Counted from the first letter of the stretch, positions 1-12,107 are shown. The stretch is 64,000 bases of DNA from an uncultured Nitrososphaerales archaeon (GCA_963695855.1 CAVOHZ010000002.1:32001-96000), one strand, 5' to 3'. Numbers and translations: made by a program. Notes: generated from the sequence alone by a model not told the origin.

Positions 1-1008
1 TTAAGAAATTCCAAAGTTTGTGTGGTCGGTGTTGGTGGCATTGGAAATCCAGTTGTAACTCAATTAACAGCTATGGGTATAGGAAAGATCCGTATTGTTG
101 ATAGAGATGTAGTTGAAATATCTAATTTACATAGACAGCATTTGTATACTGAACAAGATATTGGAAAAGTTAAAGTTGAAGCGGCTATAGAGCATCTGAA
201 AAAAAGGAATACAGACGTAGAAATTGAAGCACTTCCAATTTCAGTTACTCCCTATACAGCAGAAAATATTGTTAAAGGCTTTGATATTGTTATTGATGCT
301 TTAGATAGTGTTGATGCTAGATATGCATTAAACGATGCATGTATTAAACACAACATTCCTTTGATCTATGCAGGTGCATTAGGAATGTTGGGATCAGTTT
401 GTACAATTCTTCCAAACAATTCTGCCTGTCTAAGATGCATCTTTCCTGCATTGTCTGAAGATGATATGCCAACTTGTAGTACAGAAGGAGTTCATCCATC
501 TATTCTTTATTTAGTGGGGGGCCTTCAAGTCTCAGAAGCAGTAAAAATATTATTGAACCAGAAACCAACTTTAGTAAATACACTATTGTACATCGATCTT
601 AACGAGTTATCATTCGAACGTATTAGGATGTTTAGACATGATGAATGCCCGTCATGTGGAAAAGAAAAGGTAGATATGATTAAACACCGAGAAACAGAAC
701 ATAATCTCATAATTGAGGAATTATGTGGTAGAGATAGAGGAAAAAGAACCTATACTGTTACACCAATGGAAATACCTTCTGATATAAATTTAAATAAAAT
801 AATACAAAATGCAGAATTGTTAGGTTATAACTTAAAAACTCGTGGAACTTTGGGAATAACTGTTATATCTAATAACACTAATCCATCTCAACAATTATCT
901 GTAAGTTTTATGACCAGTGGTGCAGCAACTATTGTCGGTGCAAAAGACGAAAAAGACGCACTTTTTATCTACAAAAACTTTGTTAATACAACTGATGATA
1001 AGGCCTGA
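1..1008 (+). CDS. ThiF/MoeB/E1-like adenylyltransferase, 5'-truncated by window edge
   Basis: GxGGxG, DRDVVEISNLHRQ, CLRC...CPSC Zn motif; frame open from base 1 (LRNSKVCVVG). Confidence 0.9.
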   Translation, partial: LRNSKVCVVGVGGIGNPVVTQLTAMGIGKIRIVDRDVVEISNLHRQHLYTEQDIGKVKVEAAIEHLKKRNTDVEIEALPISVTPYTAENIVKGFDIVIDALDSVDARYALNDACIKHNIPLIYAGALGMLGSVCTILPNNSACLRCIFPALSEDDMPTCSTEGVHPSILYLVGGLQVSEAVKILLNQKPTLVNTLLYIDLNELSFERIRMFRHDECPSCGKEKVDMIKHRETEHNLIIEELCGRDRGKRTYTVTPMEIPSDINLNKIIQNAELLGYNLKTRGTLGITVISNNTNPSQQLSVSFMTSGAATIVGAKDEKDALFIYKNFVNTTDDKA

Positions 1009-1019
1009 TCAGATATCAT

Positions 1020-1617
1020 CGTTGTGTTAGTTTAACGATATTTATTCAGCTATAAGGTACTATTTCTTTCTAACAATCCTTGATCATTAGAATAGAAACA
1101 GAACATACGATTGATGATGATGATGATGTATTCTTCTCTGTATTTATTTACTTTCTTGTTCTCTGTCAGTCTCAAAAAAATAAAGACATTGAAATCTTCT
1201 AAAAATGAAAACAAAAGAAGTTACATCTTTTCAAATCTATATGATAATAAGTTCAATCTTTACAATAGATAAAAGAATAATCAAATATTACTTAATATCT
1301 ATAGATTTCTTGTACTGTATTGAACTTGAAAAATCGGTGCTTGTAACAAAGAGTTTTATAATTTCTTATCTCCAAGCATGAACTTTTATACCCAAAACAC
1401 AGAATATATTCTCCTTTAGAAGACCCTGATAGAACGAATAAGCAGTATTTCAAATAGAACCTCCTTCATGATTGCTATTCATGTATAGCAACAAGAACAG
1501 AAAATGTGATCTAGGACATGTATAGAATCGGATTAGATTGTTTATTCATTTATACAATACAACAATCAAAACAAAAAAATATAGTTTCATTTTTCAATAA
1601 AATTACTTAATAGCATC
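1020..1617 (+). mobile_element. Non-autonomous decayed IS6-family derivative (MITE-like), copy 1
   Basis: Near-identical inverted copy at 18955-19571; end GTTGTGTTAGTTTAA resembles the IS ends at 61441/62174; interior is a scrambled homologue of the transposase at 61499-62167. Confidence 0.8.
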
Positions 1618-1763
1618 AAATCTTACATTATATTTTGGATGTTCCTCTTAAAATTAAATTATTTAAACCATGTTCTGATTCGAGGAGATATCAAAATGTA
1701 AACCAATTTTTAAGTATTGAATAAATTACTTGTAGATATACATTAATTTTTTGATTTATGGCT

Positions 1764-2228
1764 TTAATTTACAATAAAATTAGATTGTATAGACGGATCC
1801 AAATGATTCTTGATTTTTTCTGAATAATCTAACAATTCAGTTTCATTAGCAATATAACGTGTAGGCCATCTTCCATTTGGATTATCGTTTTTGAATCGAG
1901 GTATGATATGAACATGTACATGACGAATAATTTGATTGGCAGTCCTTCCATTATTTTGTCCAATATTAAATCCATCTGCAGATATTGCGGAAACAACTGC
2001 TTTAGATATTATTCTAACTAATGAATACAATTCTCCTACTTCTTTGGGGGACATAAAAAGTAAATTATCATAATGTTTTTTTGGAATAACTAAAGTATGG
2101 CCTGTTGTTATTGGATATTTATCCATTATTACTAGAAAATCATTATTTTCATAAACAATTGCTCCTTCAATAGCTCCATTAATAATTGAACAGAATATAC
2201 AAGAATTATTATTACTGTCGTAATTCAT
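1764..2228 (-). CDS. HIT family nucleotide hydrolase
   Basis: CIFC N-terminus, GHTLVIPK, HVHVHIIPR histidine triad. Confidence 0.93.
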   Translation of the reverse strand: MNYDSNNNSCIFCSIINGAIEGAIVYENNDFLVIMDKYPITTGHTLVIPKKHYDNLLFMSPKEVGELYSLVRIISKAVVSAISADGFNIGQNNGRTANQIIRHVHVHIIPRFKNDNPNGRWPTRYIANETELLDYSEKIKNHLDPSIQSNFIVN

Positions 2229-2353
2229 AATAATTTTCTATCAATAAAGATATTGTTATTTATTTCTTGGTATTTATAATCTTTTAAGGTATTGATAGTT
2301 GATCTTGTTATAGCCAATTTTAAATATCACTATTTCATCCTATCTGTTAAATT

Positions 2354-2542
2354 ATGGTAGAAACTATAGATATTGATAATTTTAATATATATTTGTCATT
2401 TAAATGTCCTAAATGTGAATATCAGAATGATGAAATATCGGGGGCAGATTTGACGAATGGAAATGCTGAATGCGGGATGTGTGAAACTATATTCAAGATA
2501 GAAGGACTTGATACAATCAAGATAACAGCTTTTATTGAATAA
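2354..2542 (+). CDS. Small zinc-ribbon protein
   Basis: CPKC...CGMC in 62 aa, TATA-like sequence upstream. Confidence 0.6.
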   Translation: MVETIDIDNFNIYLSFKCPKCEYQNDEISGADLTNGNAECGMCETIFKIEGLDTIKITAFIE

Positions 2543-2631
2543 GGAAATATTTTTAATCCATTTTGAAATAATCGATAATATTTATTAAGAAAACGAACAA
2601 TATAAAAATAAACTATCGAATTCTTACTTTA

Positions 2632-4323
2632 ATGAAATTACCTAGTAGAAAAACTTTGGATGGACCTTCAAGATCTCCTCATAGGGCGATGTACAAAGCA
2701 ATGGGATTAAAAGATGATGATTTAAATAAACCCCTCATTGGTGTATCTTCTACTTCTAACGAAGCAACACCTTGTAATATTCATTTAGGTAAACTCGCTC
2801 AATTTTCAAAAAAAGGCGTATCAGATTGTAATTGTACCCCAAGGGAATTCACAGCTATCGCTGTTTCAGACGGAATCGCTATGGGTCATGAAGGAATGAA
2901 GGCTTCTTTAGTTAGTAGAGAAATAATTGCAGATTCAATTGAAGTAATGATGAGAGCTCATCAATATGACGGTTTGGTTGGAATTTCTGGATGTGATAAG
3001 AGTCTTCCTGGAACCTTGATGGCAATGGCTCGGTTAAACTTGCCATCGATTTTTGTTTATGGAGGAACAATAATGCCAGGAAGCTGGAATAACAGAGATG
3101 TTACTATACAGGATGTTTATGAAGCTGTAGGTTCATTCGAAGCTGGAAATATGAATTTAGAAGAGTTATTGCAATTGGAGAATGTTGCATGTCCGTCAGT
3201 TGGTTCATGTGGAGGGATGTATACCGCAAATACAATGGCATCAATAAGTGAGGCGTTAGGAATGTCATTACCAGGAAGTGCTTCACCTCCAGCAGAAAGC
3301 GAAAAAAGAAATGAAATATGTTATGAAACCGGAAAGAAAATCTATGATCTAGTGGAAAATAATATTTGTCCTAAAGACATTTTAACTTTTGAGGCTTTTG
3401 AAAATGCAATAGCAATAACAAATGCTTTGGGAGGATCCACGAATGCTGTACTTCATTTGCTAGCAATAGCCAAGGAAATAGGAGTCAAACTTATACTGAA
3501 GGATTTTGAAAGAGTTAGAAAACGTACTCCTCATATAGTCAATATGAGGCCAGGAGGGATATATGTTATGTTGGATTTGGATAAAATTGGTGGAATTCCA
3601 ATCATACTAAAGAGTTTATTAAAAAAGGGTCTAATTCATGGTGAAACACTAACCGTTACTGGTAAGAATATGAAGAAGAATTTGGAATCATTTACAAATG
3701 TATCTATTGATGAAAATATTTTAACATCTTTTGATAGACCTTTGCATAGTGAGGGGACTCTTAAAATTTTGAAAGGTTCTCTAGCTCCAGAGGGTGCTGT
3801 GGTAAAGATTGCTGGTGTCAATTCTACAGAATTTATTGGTAGAGCCAAAGTTTTTGAAAGTGAGGAAGAAGCATTCAGGGAAATTTCAAAGAAAAAAATT
3901 GTTGAAGGAGATGTTGTGATTATTCGGTATGAAGGTCCTAGAGGGGGACCTGGTATGAGAGAGATGCTATCTGTAACAGCAGCATTAGTAGGACAGGGAC
4001 TAGGTGAAAAAGTTGCTATGGTTACTGATGGAAGGTTTTCTGGAGCAACTAGAGGATTTATGATAGGACATGTATCACCAGAGGCCATGTTAGGCGGTCC
4101 AATAGCACTAGTAAAGAACGGAGATAACATACGAATAGATATCAAAAAAGGAAAAATAGATTTAGATTTATCTAAAATAGAACTTGGGCGAAGAGAGAAG
4201 AAATGGAAACCACTAAAGCCACACTATAAAACTGGAGCCCTTGCAAAATATGCATCATTGGTTAGTTCGGCTTCTGAAGGTGCAATTACTAGACCAATTA
4301 TAGAATCTAAAAATCAGCGATGA
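2632..4323 (+). CDS. ilvD: Dihydroxy-acid dehydratase
   Basis: [39 protein letters not shown]. Confidence 0.97.
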   Translation: MKLPSRKTLDGPSRSPHRAMYKAMGLKDDDLNKPLIGVSSTSNEATPCNIHLGKLAQFSKKGVSDCNCTPREFTAIAVSDGIAMGHEGMKASLVSREIIADSIEVMMRAHQYDGLVGISGCDKSLPGTLMAMARLNLPSIFVYGGTIMPGSWNNRDVTIQDVYEAVGSFEAGNMNLEELLQLENVACPSVGSCGGMYTANTMASISEALGMSLPGSASPPAESEKRNEICYETGKKIYDLVENNICPKDILTFEAFENAIAITNALGGSTNAVLHLLAIAKEIGVKLILKDFERVRKRTPHIVNMRPGGIYVMLDLDKIGGIPIILKSLLKKGLIHGETLTVTGKNMKKNLESFTNVSIDENILTSFDRPLHSEGTLKILKGSLAPEGAVVKIAGVNSTEFIGRAKVFESEEEAFREISKKKIVEGDVVIIRYEGPRGGPGMREMLSVTAALVGQGLGEKVAMVTDGRFSGATRGFMIGHVSPEAMLGGPIALVKNGDNIRIDIKKGKIDLDLSKIELGRREKKWKPLKPHYKTGALAKYASLVSSASEGAITRPIIESKNQR

Positions 4324-4752
4324 AATTCTATTCTTATTTTATTTATTTTTAATCAGATATTGCTAGGTAATAATTAATCTATTCTTTAACGCTTAAGTAT
4401 ATGTAATACTATATTATAGTTACCACTGAAATCTCTATAGCGTATTTTTGCGGCACTATCCCTAAATCTAATGCAGACAGAAAAAAAGGAGTATATATCA
4501 TAACCTATTGAGAATCTTCACGCCCATTCGGTGGATTACTTTTGCGAATCCTCCAACTATATGATATTCATGAATAATATTACCAGAGAAATAGATAGAT
4601 GATAGACGAAAATCCTTTATAATATATTATCAAAATACTTGTACTTACTACTGTCAATAATAATATGTCCGTAGTAAAGTTAGTCCAGTTAAAATATGAG
4701 AACTTATGAAAGATTGAAAAAACATAATCAATATCATAATAATGATAATAAT

Positions 4753-5765
4753 TGCCTTGTTGCACAACTTGTTCTTCTCAACACATTTAGCTAACCAATT
4801 CTAGTCATATTATGTGAACTGGAGAAATTACAACGAATCTCTTGTTAAACGTGGTGAGGTATTACTGGATTTTGATGTTATAGATAACTGGAATACTGAA
4901 CTAGAGAAGATGAATAAGGAAAAGGAAGGTAGGAAATTCGTATATCCAGATTCATTTGTCAAGTTATTGGGATACATGAGAGCATACTTTCACTTACCCT
5001 ACAGACAAACTGAAGGAGTAGTAAGAGAACATGCTTCAAACACTTTGCCATCAATTCCAGATTATAGTAACATTAGCAGAAGAATAAATAGACTGGATAT
5101 CAAGATTTCTGATGATATAACCAAATCTAACTTGCATGATGATAATTTTGTTATTGCAATTGATTCTACCGGTATAAAGGTATCTAAGAGGGGTGAATGG
5201 ATTAGACACAAGTGGAATGTAAAAAGAGGATATCTAAAGATACATTTAGCAGTCGATATAAAAAAGAAGAGAATTCTATCATTAGATGTTACTAGTGAAG
5301 AAGTACATGATGTAAAAGTACTTCCAAAATTGGTTGATTATATAGCAATAAAACAGAATAAGGTAATAGATACTGCTATCATGGATGGTTCCTATGATAG
5401 CAACAAGATCTTTCAGTTTCTATCATTTAAAGGCATACAACCAGCAATAAAGGTAAGAAAGAATTCTAGATGCAGAAACAAGACCAATCATTACCTTAGA
5501 AACAAGATGGTGAAAATGCAGAAGAATGATTTGCAAGAATGGAAAGATAGTGTACGCTATGGACAAAGATGGATGGTAGAATCTGTTTTTTCCTCTATGA
5601 AGAGAATGTTTGGTGAATATGTTACTGCTATCAGGTTAGAGAACATGATAAGAGAGATAATGTTGAAAGCATCGTTGTATAACTGGTTTCAAAGTATAAC
5701 TGTTACATAATTATCAATTATATAATAATGAGAACGATTGGTTAAACGAGTTATGCAACAAACCA
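4753..5765 (+). mobile_element. IS5-family (IS903-like) insertion sequence
   Basis: TIRs TGCCTTGTTGCACAACT / AGTTATGCAACAAACCA; 8-bp TSD ATAATAAT (4745-4752, 5766-5773). Confidence 0.88.
4814..5710 (+). CDS. IS5-family DDE transposase
   Basis: NWRNYNESLVKRG, IDSTGIK, KIHLAVD, DGSYD, RWMVESVFS. Confidence 0.92.
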   Translation: MNWRNYNESLVKRGEVLLDFDVIDNWNTELEKMNKEKEGRKFVYPDSFVKLLGYMRAYFHLPYRQTEGVVREHASNTLPSIPDYSNISRRINRLDIKISDDITKSNLHDDNFVIAIDSTGIKVSKRGEWIRHKWNVKRGYLKIHLAVDIKKKRILSLDVTSEEVHDVKVLPKLVDYIAIKQNKVIDTAIMDGSYDSNKIFQFLSFKGIQPAIKVRKNSRCRNKTNHYLRNKMVKMQKNDLQEWKDSVRYGQRWMVESVFSSMKRMFGEYVTAIRLENMIREIMLKASLYNWFQSITVT

Positions 5766-5779
5766 ATAATAATGATAAT

Positions 5780-6094
5780 GTAGATTCACGGTTTAATGAT
5801 CCTGCTTTCAATTACTTTAAGCAAAATGATTTTTGTATATTATGGAGTAAACAAAATACTCTGACTCCTGCGCTAGTGACTACAGATTTCGTGTAATTGA
5901 GATTGGTAGGAGATAGAAGTATTGATGACAAAAATTTTGGAACGATACAAAAAGATAGAAAATTGGAAATGCAAAAGTGGTCTAACATTTTAAATGATCT
6001 AAAGAATGATGAAGCAATCATAAAGAAAGCAATTGTATCTGCAAACGATCACTATGCTGGTTTTGGTCCTCTTACTGCTAGAATGTTGAGATGA
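5780..6094 (+). pseudogene. DUF72-family C-terminal remnant next to the IS
   Basis: TPALVTTDFV*LRLVGDRSID...ANDHYAGFGP with an internal stop. Confidence 0.65.
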
Positions 6095-6448
6095 TAAATC
6101 TCAAGATAAGATAATATCATTTCCTATTATAAATTATAAAGATTATTTTGATAATATTGAAATGAAAATTATTCTCTGAATTTGACAATTGACAATCATC
6201 AATTCACATTTTTTAAATAGAATAATAATAAATAATAAAGGATTAGAAGTTGAATTTTATATGATATTATTAATAGAATATTAGACTTTCATGAGTATGG
6301 GAAAAATCATAATGATTATAGAAATTCTATAACAAACTCTGAAGTATACAAAATTGTACAAATATGGATAATTTAAAATATCCATGTTTCAACAAAACCG
6401 AGAATATAAAATATATATTTTTAATTGTGCAATAAATTCTAAATTGAA

Positions 6449-6742
6449 ATGATAACCCCAGAAGAATTTCAATATTGGGCTAATAAAATTAAAACTCGAT
6501 CTCAAGAAAGAATTAATGATTCTGATGAAAACCGAATAAGATTAGCAACAAATCCTAGAATCTATCCATGGTTTGAATTTATCGTAGATTCAAGAGATAC
6601 AGAAGCAATTGATTCAATAATTTATATGGTCAAAGAAAATTTAAACAGTATTCCTGAAGAATTTAGATATGAGTTTCAACAGGTAATATTAGATGGATTG
6701 GATAGAATAAAAAATAGAAAAAATACTGGTTATTTCTACTGA
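6449..6742 (+). CDS. Hypothetical protein (97 aa)
   Basis: Clean ATG ORF, protein-like composition. Confidence 0.55.
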   Translation: MITPEEFQYWANKIKTRSQERINDSDENRIRLATNPRIYPWFEFIVDSRDTEAIDSIIYMVKENLNSIPEEFRYEFQQVILDGLDRIKNRKNTGYFY

Positions 6743-7015
6743 AATATAAAATTGATAAGAATTATTTGAATATTATCCTAAATTACTTTTTAGTTATCAT
6801 CTGGAAATTCTTGAATCCTGATGCTGCTTTTTCTGCACTGGGAAAAAACTTCGTTCATTGCTTGTGTTATCTCCTTCATTGGTGCTACCTGATGACATGT
6901 TGTAGTTCTCAGCTTTTGTAGCATATGCTAGGTCTTTTGGTTGCTATATCTCAATTGTAAGATCACTAACCAAATGAAAATATTAATTCATTGAAAATAT
7001 TAATTCATTATATGC

Positions 7016-7909
7016 TTAATAAAACTCTATTTTCCATAAATGTTTTTCAGAAGAAGGTTGTAATAATAGTTTCTCATGATAACAAAATCCACAGCTATCT
7101 AACAGATCCTCAAAATCAAAACGTTCACTTAAATACAATCTACATTCTTCTTTGTAATAATCTTTTATAGTTCTAGTAATTTTATCTGACTGTTCAGGAG
7201 TAGAATACACATACCATAAATTATGAGCTGTACGTAAATTCGATAAATGATTGTTTTTAGATAATTTTAAAGGTTCTTCATAGAATTTATTCATCAATTC
7301 TCCATTTACATCAATCCATGATGGGCTTCTCCATGAAGCCAGTTTTTTGAAACCAAATTCTTCGTATTCACATCCCCCATTAACTCCACATTGTCCTCCA
7401 GCATCAAATGTAGTAATTATACATTTTGTTAACCTTGCTATATGTCTACGAAAATCAGTTCCCGGTTGCATCCACCCCACAAATACTATATCAAAAGAGT
7501 TCTCCGTATAATTTAAAACTTCTATTGGATAAGAGTGAACGTAATCCGGCTTTGGTCTGTTTAGTATATAATACAACGTTGCATTTTGTTCTATTCCGAT
7601 AGCTTTTGGCAGATATTTTTTTATTTTTGTAAGGAAATCACCGTTTCCACATCCAACATCAACAAAGGAAGGATCTTGGGAAAGAGACTTTGCAATGGAA
7701 ACTATTCTCAAAATATCTATCTTTCTATAACAAAAGTAAGTTCCTGAAAATAACGGAAAAATAAATCTTTCGTGGTGTAGAGGTGGATTTTGTAATTTAT
7801 ATTGCTTATAATATGAATAAGCTTTTTGAATTTCATCCAGTGAAAAAGACATTATTGAATGATAATGTAGATAACAAATTTTTATATAAATTACATGTAA
7901 AGCGATCAT
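7016..7909 (-). CDS. Class I SAM-dependent methyltransferase (start probably near 7852)
   Basis: VDVGCGNG motif I, GIE, FDIV. Confidence 0.8.
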   Translation of the reverse strand: MIALHVIYIKICYLHYHSIMSFSLDEIQKAYSYYKQYKLQNPPLHHERFIFPLFSGTYFCYRKIDILRIVSIAKSLSQDPSFVDVGCGNGDFLTKIKKYLPKAIGIEQNATLYYILNRPKPDYVHSYPIEVLNYTENSFDIVFVGWMQPGTDFRRHIARLTKCIITTFDAGGQCGVNGGCEYEEFGFKKLASWRSPSWIDVNGELMNKFYEEPLKLSKNNHLSNLRTAHNLWYVYSTPEQSDKITRTIKDYYKEECRLYLSERFDFEDLLDSCGFCYHEKLLLQPSSEKHLWKIEFY

Positions 7910-8007
7910 CTCTCATACTATTATCTTAAATATATCATTATAATTCATTTTATAACACCGTTAAAATATCCCAAAAAGCTTATTAATCTATAGTATTAAT
8001 TCATAAC

Positions 8008-8223
8008 ATGGGTAGAAGTTTTAATGACTGGTGGACTACTGTTCCAGCAGATTTAAAAGAAAAAGCACGTAGAGGAGACGAAAATAATAAACCACTTTTG
8101 AACCAAGTTAATTATGTACTTCTTCATTTGCACTTGGCAGGAAAACATGATACAAAACCATCACATGAAGAATTAAAAGATTGGTTGCACAGTGGTCAAG
8201 TAGACGTTATGAGAACTAAATAA
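8008..8223 (+). CDS. Small hypothetical protein (71 aa)
   Basis: Clean ORF with TATA-like TTATTAA upstream and T-rich tract downstream. Confidence 0.75.
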   Translation: MGRSFNDWWTTVPADLKEKARRGDENNKPLLNQVNYVLLHLHLAGKHDTKPSHEELKDWLHSGQVDVMRTK

Positions 8224-8395
8224 ATAATACTCTAAAAATTTTTAATTTTTAATTTCTTCCTATTTTATAAAATTTATATTTTAATAATTATAGGTTTATA
8301 ATTCAAAGCATAAATAGTTTAATTATAACACTGTTTTGATATCGACATAGGGTTTAAATAGTTTCACCAGTATCGGTCCCTTAGTGAAATATTGA

Positions 8396-8689
8396 ATGAC
8401 AATTGCAATACTTCCAGATGTTGATGAACAAAGATGTATTGGATGTGCACTTTGTGTAGAAATTTGTACTGCTCTTGGTCCAGATGTTCTTAGAGTAAAA
8501 CCGGTAGAAGGCTGGAAAAGAGGTAAGGCATTTGTCTTTTATCCAGAAAGATGCATTTCTGATGGTGCCTGTGTAGGAGTATGTCCAACACATGCAATAT
8601 TCTGGATGAGACCAATGGAATACACACCAGGACAACCAGTTCCATTACACAAGAACGGTGTATTTGACAAAGGCTGGGAAGAAGGTTAA
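8396..8689 (+). CDS. Dicluster-type 4Fe-4S ferredoxin
   Basis: CIGCALCVEIC and CISDGACVGVCP (Asp replaces one Cys). Confidence 0.92.
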   Translation: MTIAILPDVDEQRCIGCALCVEICTALGPDVLRVKPVEGWKRGKAFVFYPERCISDGACVGVCPTHAIFWMRPMEYTPGQPVPLHKNGVFDKGWEEG

Positions 8690-8789
8690 GAAAAAATAGT
8701 AGTCTGATACAACAATAAAAAATCATTTTATTTTTTCTTATTTTATTATTTTATATTTATGAAATAATATTTTTAGATAATATATTTAA

Positions 8790-9353
8790 ATGACTAGAGT
8801 CGGAATTACCGGGAATCCGGGAGTAGGAAAACATACTGTAAGCGAGTTATTATCGAAAAATAAAGGATTGTCGATTATCGACATTAACAAAATAATAATT
8901 TCAAATCATGCTTTTATTACAAAAAATTCAAAAATGGAAATAAATTTGAAAAAAGCAAGAGAACTGATCAAAGATCAAGTAAAAAATGAAAATATAATAA
9001 TCGTTGGTCACCTTCTACCATATCTAATAAGAAAAAAAGAACTTGATTTTGTTATAATTCTTAGGAGATCGCCTTATTCTTTGATCGAGGAATACAAAAG
9101 AAGAAATTATTCTATTGAAAAAATCCAAGAAAATATTGCTAGCGAGATATTGGGAATATGTTTTTACGATACCTTGAGAGTTTTTGGAAAAGAAAAGATT
9201 TCAGAAATTGATACTACTAGGAGTACTCCTGAAGAAACTATGAAAAATGTTATATATAGTTATGAAAATAAATCAGAAAGAAAATTAAGTAATATTGACT
9301 GGCTCGACATGGTATACAAGAAGGGGGATATTCAAAGATTTTTGGAATATTGA
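8790..9353 (+). CDS. Archaeal adenylate kinase (AK6/Fap7-like)
   Basis: ITGNPGVGKHT P-loop, IIVGH, KIQENIASEILG. Confidence 0.85.
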   Translation: MTRVGITGNPGVGKHTVSELLSKNKGLSIIDINKIIISNHAFITKNSKMEINLKKARELIKDQVKNENIIIVGHLLPYLIRKKELDFVIILRRSPYSLIEEYKRRNYSIEKIQENIASEILGICFYDTLRVFGKEKISEIDTTRSTPEETMKNVIYSYENKSERKLSNIDWLDMVYKKGDIQRFLEY

Positions 9354-9438
9354 AAAATTTTCATGAAATGTTATATTATATTATGTGAATTGAATTCAAA
9401 TTATATATACCTGAAATAATAACCACAATCGAACTGGT

Positions 9439-9849
9439 TTGTCTGTAGCATTTAGAAAATTTGGAGAAGAAACAATTCAATTTTTAGGAAAAAAAGTATC
9501 TATTGAAACATCTGATGGAAAAACATATGTTGGAACCTTAAGTGGGATAAATGAAAAATTGGATGTAATACTAGATGATTTAGAAACTGGTGGAATAATA
9601 AAAATTATTATGAATGGATCTTTTGTAAAGGAAATTAGATTAATGGAAAAACCATTTGATTTAAAAGCTCTTGCAGAAAGATTTTCTAGAGTTTTCCCGG
9701 GTTTGGTAAAAGTTAGAGAAGATGTTGGTGCTATAATAGTCATGGATAAGATAAAAGTAACTCAAAATGGTATCGAAGAGGGCGGAGGTCTTGCTGCTGA
9801 TAGGATAAAAGCTATCTATGATGAATTTGTGAGGGAGACCAAAAAATAA
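9439..9849 (+). CDS. Lsm/SmAP3-type RNA-binding protein
   Basis: Sm fold (GKTYVGTLSGI...) plus C-terminal extension; upstream of tgtA. Confidence 0.8.
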   Translation: MSVAFRKFGEETIQFLGKKVSIETSDGKTYVGTLSGINEKLDVILDDLETGGIIKIIMNGSFVKEIRLMEKPFDLKALAERFSRVFPGLVKVREDVGAIIVMDKIKVTQNGIEEGGGLAADRIKAIYDEFVRETKK

Positions 9850-9851
9850 AT

Positions 9852-11465
9852 TTGTCATTTGAGGTCAAATATAATGACCTAGCAGGACGAATAGGGAAGC
9901 TTGAAACTGCACATGGAACTTTAGAAACACCCGTATTTATACCAGTAATTCACCCTATTAAACAAATAGTAGACATAGAATTTTTTAAAAAATTAGGATT
10001 TAAAGCAGTTATAACAAATGCATACATAGCCTTAAGATATTATGGAGATGAAGCACGAAAAAGAGGAATCCATAAAATAATCAATTTTGAAGACGTCGTA
10101 ATGACTGATTCAGGAGGTTACCAAGTATTAGAATACGGGGAAATCGAAGTTGAACCTACAGAAATGGCAGAATTCGAAATAGATATCGGAACAGATATTG
10201 CGGTACCGTTAGACAAACCCACTGGTTATGGGCTTCAATACAATAAGGCAGTAGAATATGTTAATAAAACAATAAAAAATGCTGGTGAAACTCTGGAAGT
10301 AATCAGGAGGAATAATATAAATCATCAAAAGAGAGCACAAGGTAAGCTTGATACTATTTGGGCAGGTCCTGTTCAAGGTGCAGAACACTTGGATTTGGTA
10401 AAAATGTCTGCATCAATATTTGATAAGATGGGTTTTAATCTCATGGCTTTGGGTAGTCCAGTTGAATTAATGGAAGCATATGATTTTGCTATGCTTTCTC
10501 AAATAATTTATAACTTGAAGAAAGTAATTCCTTTTAAACCCATACATCTTTTTGGAGCAGGACATCCATTAACTATACCGTTGGCTGTAGCACTTGGATG
10601 TGATATGTTTGATTCTGCATCCTACATATTGTATGCAAAAGAAAATAGATACTTATATTCATATGGTACAGCAAGATTAAATGAAATTACTTTTTTTCCT
10701 TGTTCGTGTTCAATATGTAATTCTTTTACTCCAAGAGAATTACTGAGTTTGGATGAAAAATCACGTACAATTGAATTAGCAAAACATAATCTATATGTCT
10801 TAAAAATGGAAGTAAATACCGTAAAACATGCCATCTTAGAAGGAAGATTATGGGAATATATTATGATTAAAGCTCACAGTCATCCAAAATTGATGGAAGC
10901 TGTTAGATCCTTAAAAAATTTTGATAATTTAGATCATGGTACACCAATGTTCAAGGAAAAAGCGATCTATTTTAACGAACCTTATGATCAATATAGACCC
11001 GAAGCAAAAAGATTTAGAGAGATGGTAGCAAAATATGAACTCAGGGAAAAATCTAAAATATTATTATATCCTGAAGCAAAAATACATCCATTTTATACTT
11101 CAAAGACATTCAATCGAATAAAAAATAAATTCAGCGAAATTGAAATTTTTTCCTATAATCCATATTTGGGAATTATTCCAGCAGAATTATCGGATATCTT
11201 TCCTGCATCACATAATCTTATTTCTTATGAATCTGATTCAGAAAATCTTGCGAACGAATATCCTACTTTTGTTAATTCTTTAGTGAAATTTTTACAGAAA
11301 AATAAAGATAAGGTAATAATAATAGTGGCCAATAATTTTATGAATCAAGTTATTTCTTTTGTTCATGAATATAAAGATACAAAAACGAAAAGCAATGTCA
11401 AAATTTTGAATTATGATGAGCATGTAGGTTGCAAAGGATTAGAAAAATATTTAAAGTCGGATTAA
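9852..11465 (+). CDS. tgtA: Archaeosine tRNA-guanine(15) transglycosylase
   Basis: ETPVFIPV, MTDSGGYQ, HLFGAGHP, DMFDSASY, CSCSIC. Confidence 0.95.
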   Translation: MSFEVKYNDLAGRIGKLETAHGTLETPVFIPVIHPIKQIVDIEFFKKLGFKAVITNAYIALRYYGDEARKRGIHKIINFEDVVMTDSGGYQVLEYGEIEVEPTEMAEFEIDIGTDIAVPLDKPTGYGLQYNKAVEYVNKTIKNAGETLEVIRRNNINHQKRAQGKLDTIWAGPVQGAEHLDLVKMSASIFDKMGFNLMALGSPVELMEAYDFAMLSQIIYNLKKVIPFKPIHLFGAGHPLTIPLAVALGCDMFDSASYILYAKENRYLYSYGTARLNEITFFPCSCSICNSFTPRELLSLDEKSRTIELAKHNLYVLKMEVNTVKHAILEGRLWEYIMIKAHSHPKLMEAVRSLKNFDNLDHGTPMFKEKAIYFNEPYDQYRPEAKRFREMVAKYELREKSKILLYPEAKIHPFYTSKTFNRIKNKFSEIEIFSYNPYLGIIPAELSDIFPASHNLISYESDSENLANEYPTFVNSLVKFLQKNKDKVIIIVANNFMNQVISFVHEYKDTKTKSNVKILNYDEHVGCKGLEKYLKSD

Positions 11466-11466
11466 A

Positions 11467-12078
11467 TTAATTTAAACTCTTAATATACGGTAAAAAACTA
11501 AATTTAGTTTTTTCATATTCAGTTATACTTGAATCTAATTGTAATGTTAATCCAATTTCATCTACTCCCTCCATTAACATCTTTTTTTTAGAGAAATCTA
11601 TTTGGAATTTGAAGGTTATAGGATTATTGTGTTCCAAAAATACTACTTGAGTATCAAGATTGATCTTTAACGAGAGATCTTCATTTTTGAAAAGATAGTC
11701 AATTTCTTCTTTTGATAAAACTATTGGTAATATGCCGTTTTTAATACAATTACTATAAAAGATATCTGCAAATGAAGAAGAAATAATAGCCTTGAAACCA
11801 TAATCAGAAAGAGCCCAAACTGCATGTTCTCTAGAACTTCCACTACCAAAATTATCTAATGTAAGAAGAATACTACGATCTAAATATTTCAATTTATTTA
11901 ATACGAAATCCTCTTTCGTTTTACCATCTTTATCATAACGCCAGTCATTGAAAAGATATTTTCCAAACCCTGTTTTCTGAGTTAATTTAAGGAATTGTTT
12001 AGGAATTATTTGATCTGTATCAACATTAGCAAAATGAAATGGAATAAATTTACTTTCGAAATTATCAAATGGTTGCAT
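11467..12078 (-). CDS. leuD: 3-isopropylmalate dehydratase small subunit
   Basis: NVDTDQIIPKQFL, NFGSGSSREHAVW. Confidence 0.96.
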   Translation of the reverse strand: MQPFDNFESKFIPFHFANVDTDQIIPKQFLKLTQKTGFGKYLFNDWRYDKDGKTKEDFVLNKLKYLDRSILLTLDNFGSGSSREHAVWALSDYGFKAIISSSFADIFYSNCIKNGILPIVLSKEEIDYLFKNEDLSLKINLDTQVVFLEHNNPITFKFQIDFSKKKMLMEGVDEIGLTLQLDSSITEYEKTKFSFLPYIKSLN

Positions 12079-12107
12079 AGCAATAATCTCTTTTTAAAGT
12101 TGGATAT

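Noticed and set aside
3636-4145. Long antisense ORFs inside ilvD (similar ones in amoA, amoX, kdpA, kdpB, hemD and HMG-CoA synthase)
   Set aside because: Shadow ORFs opposite well-supported genes, with no motifs
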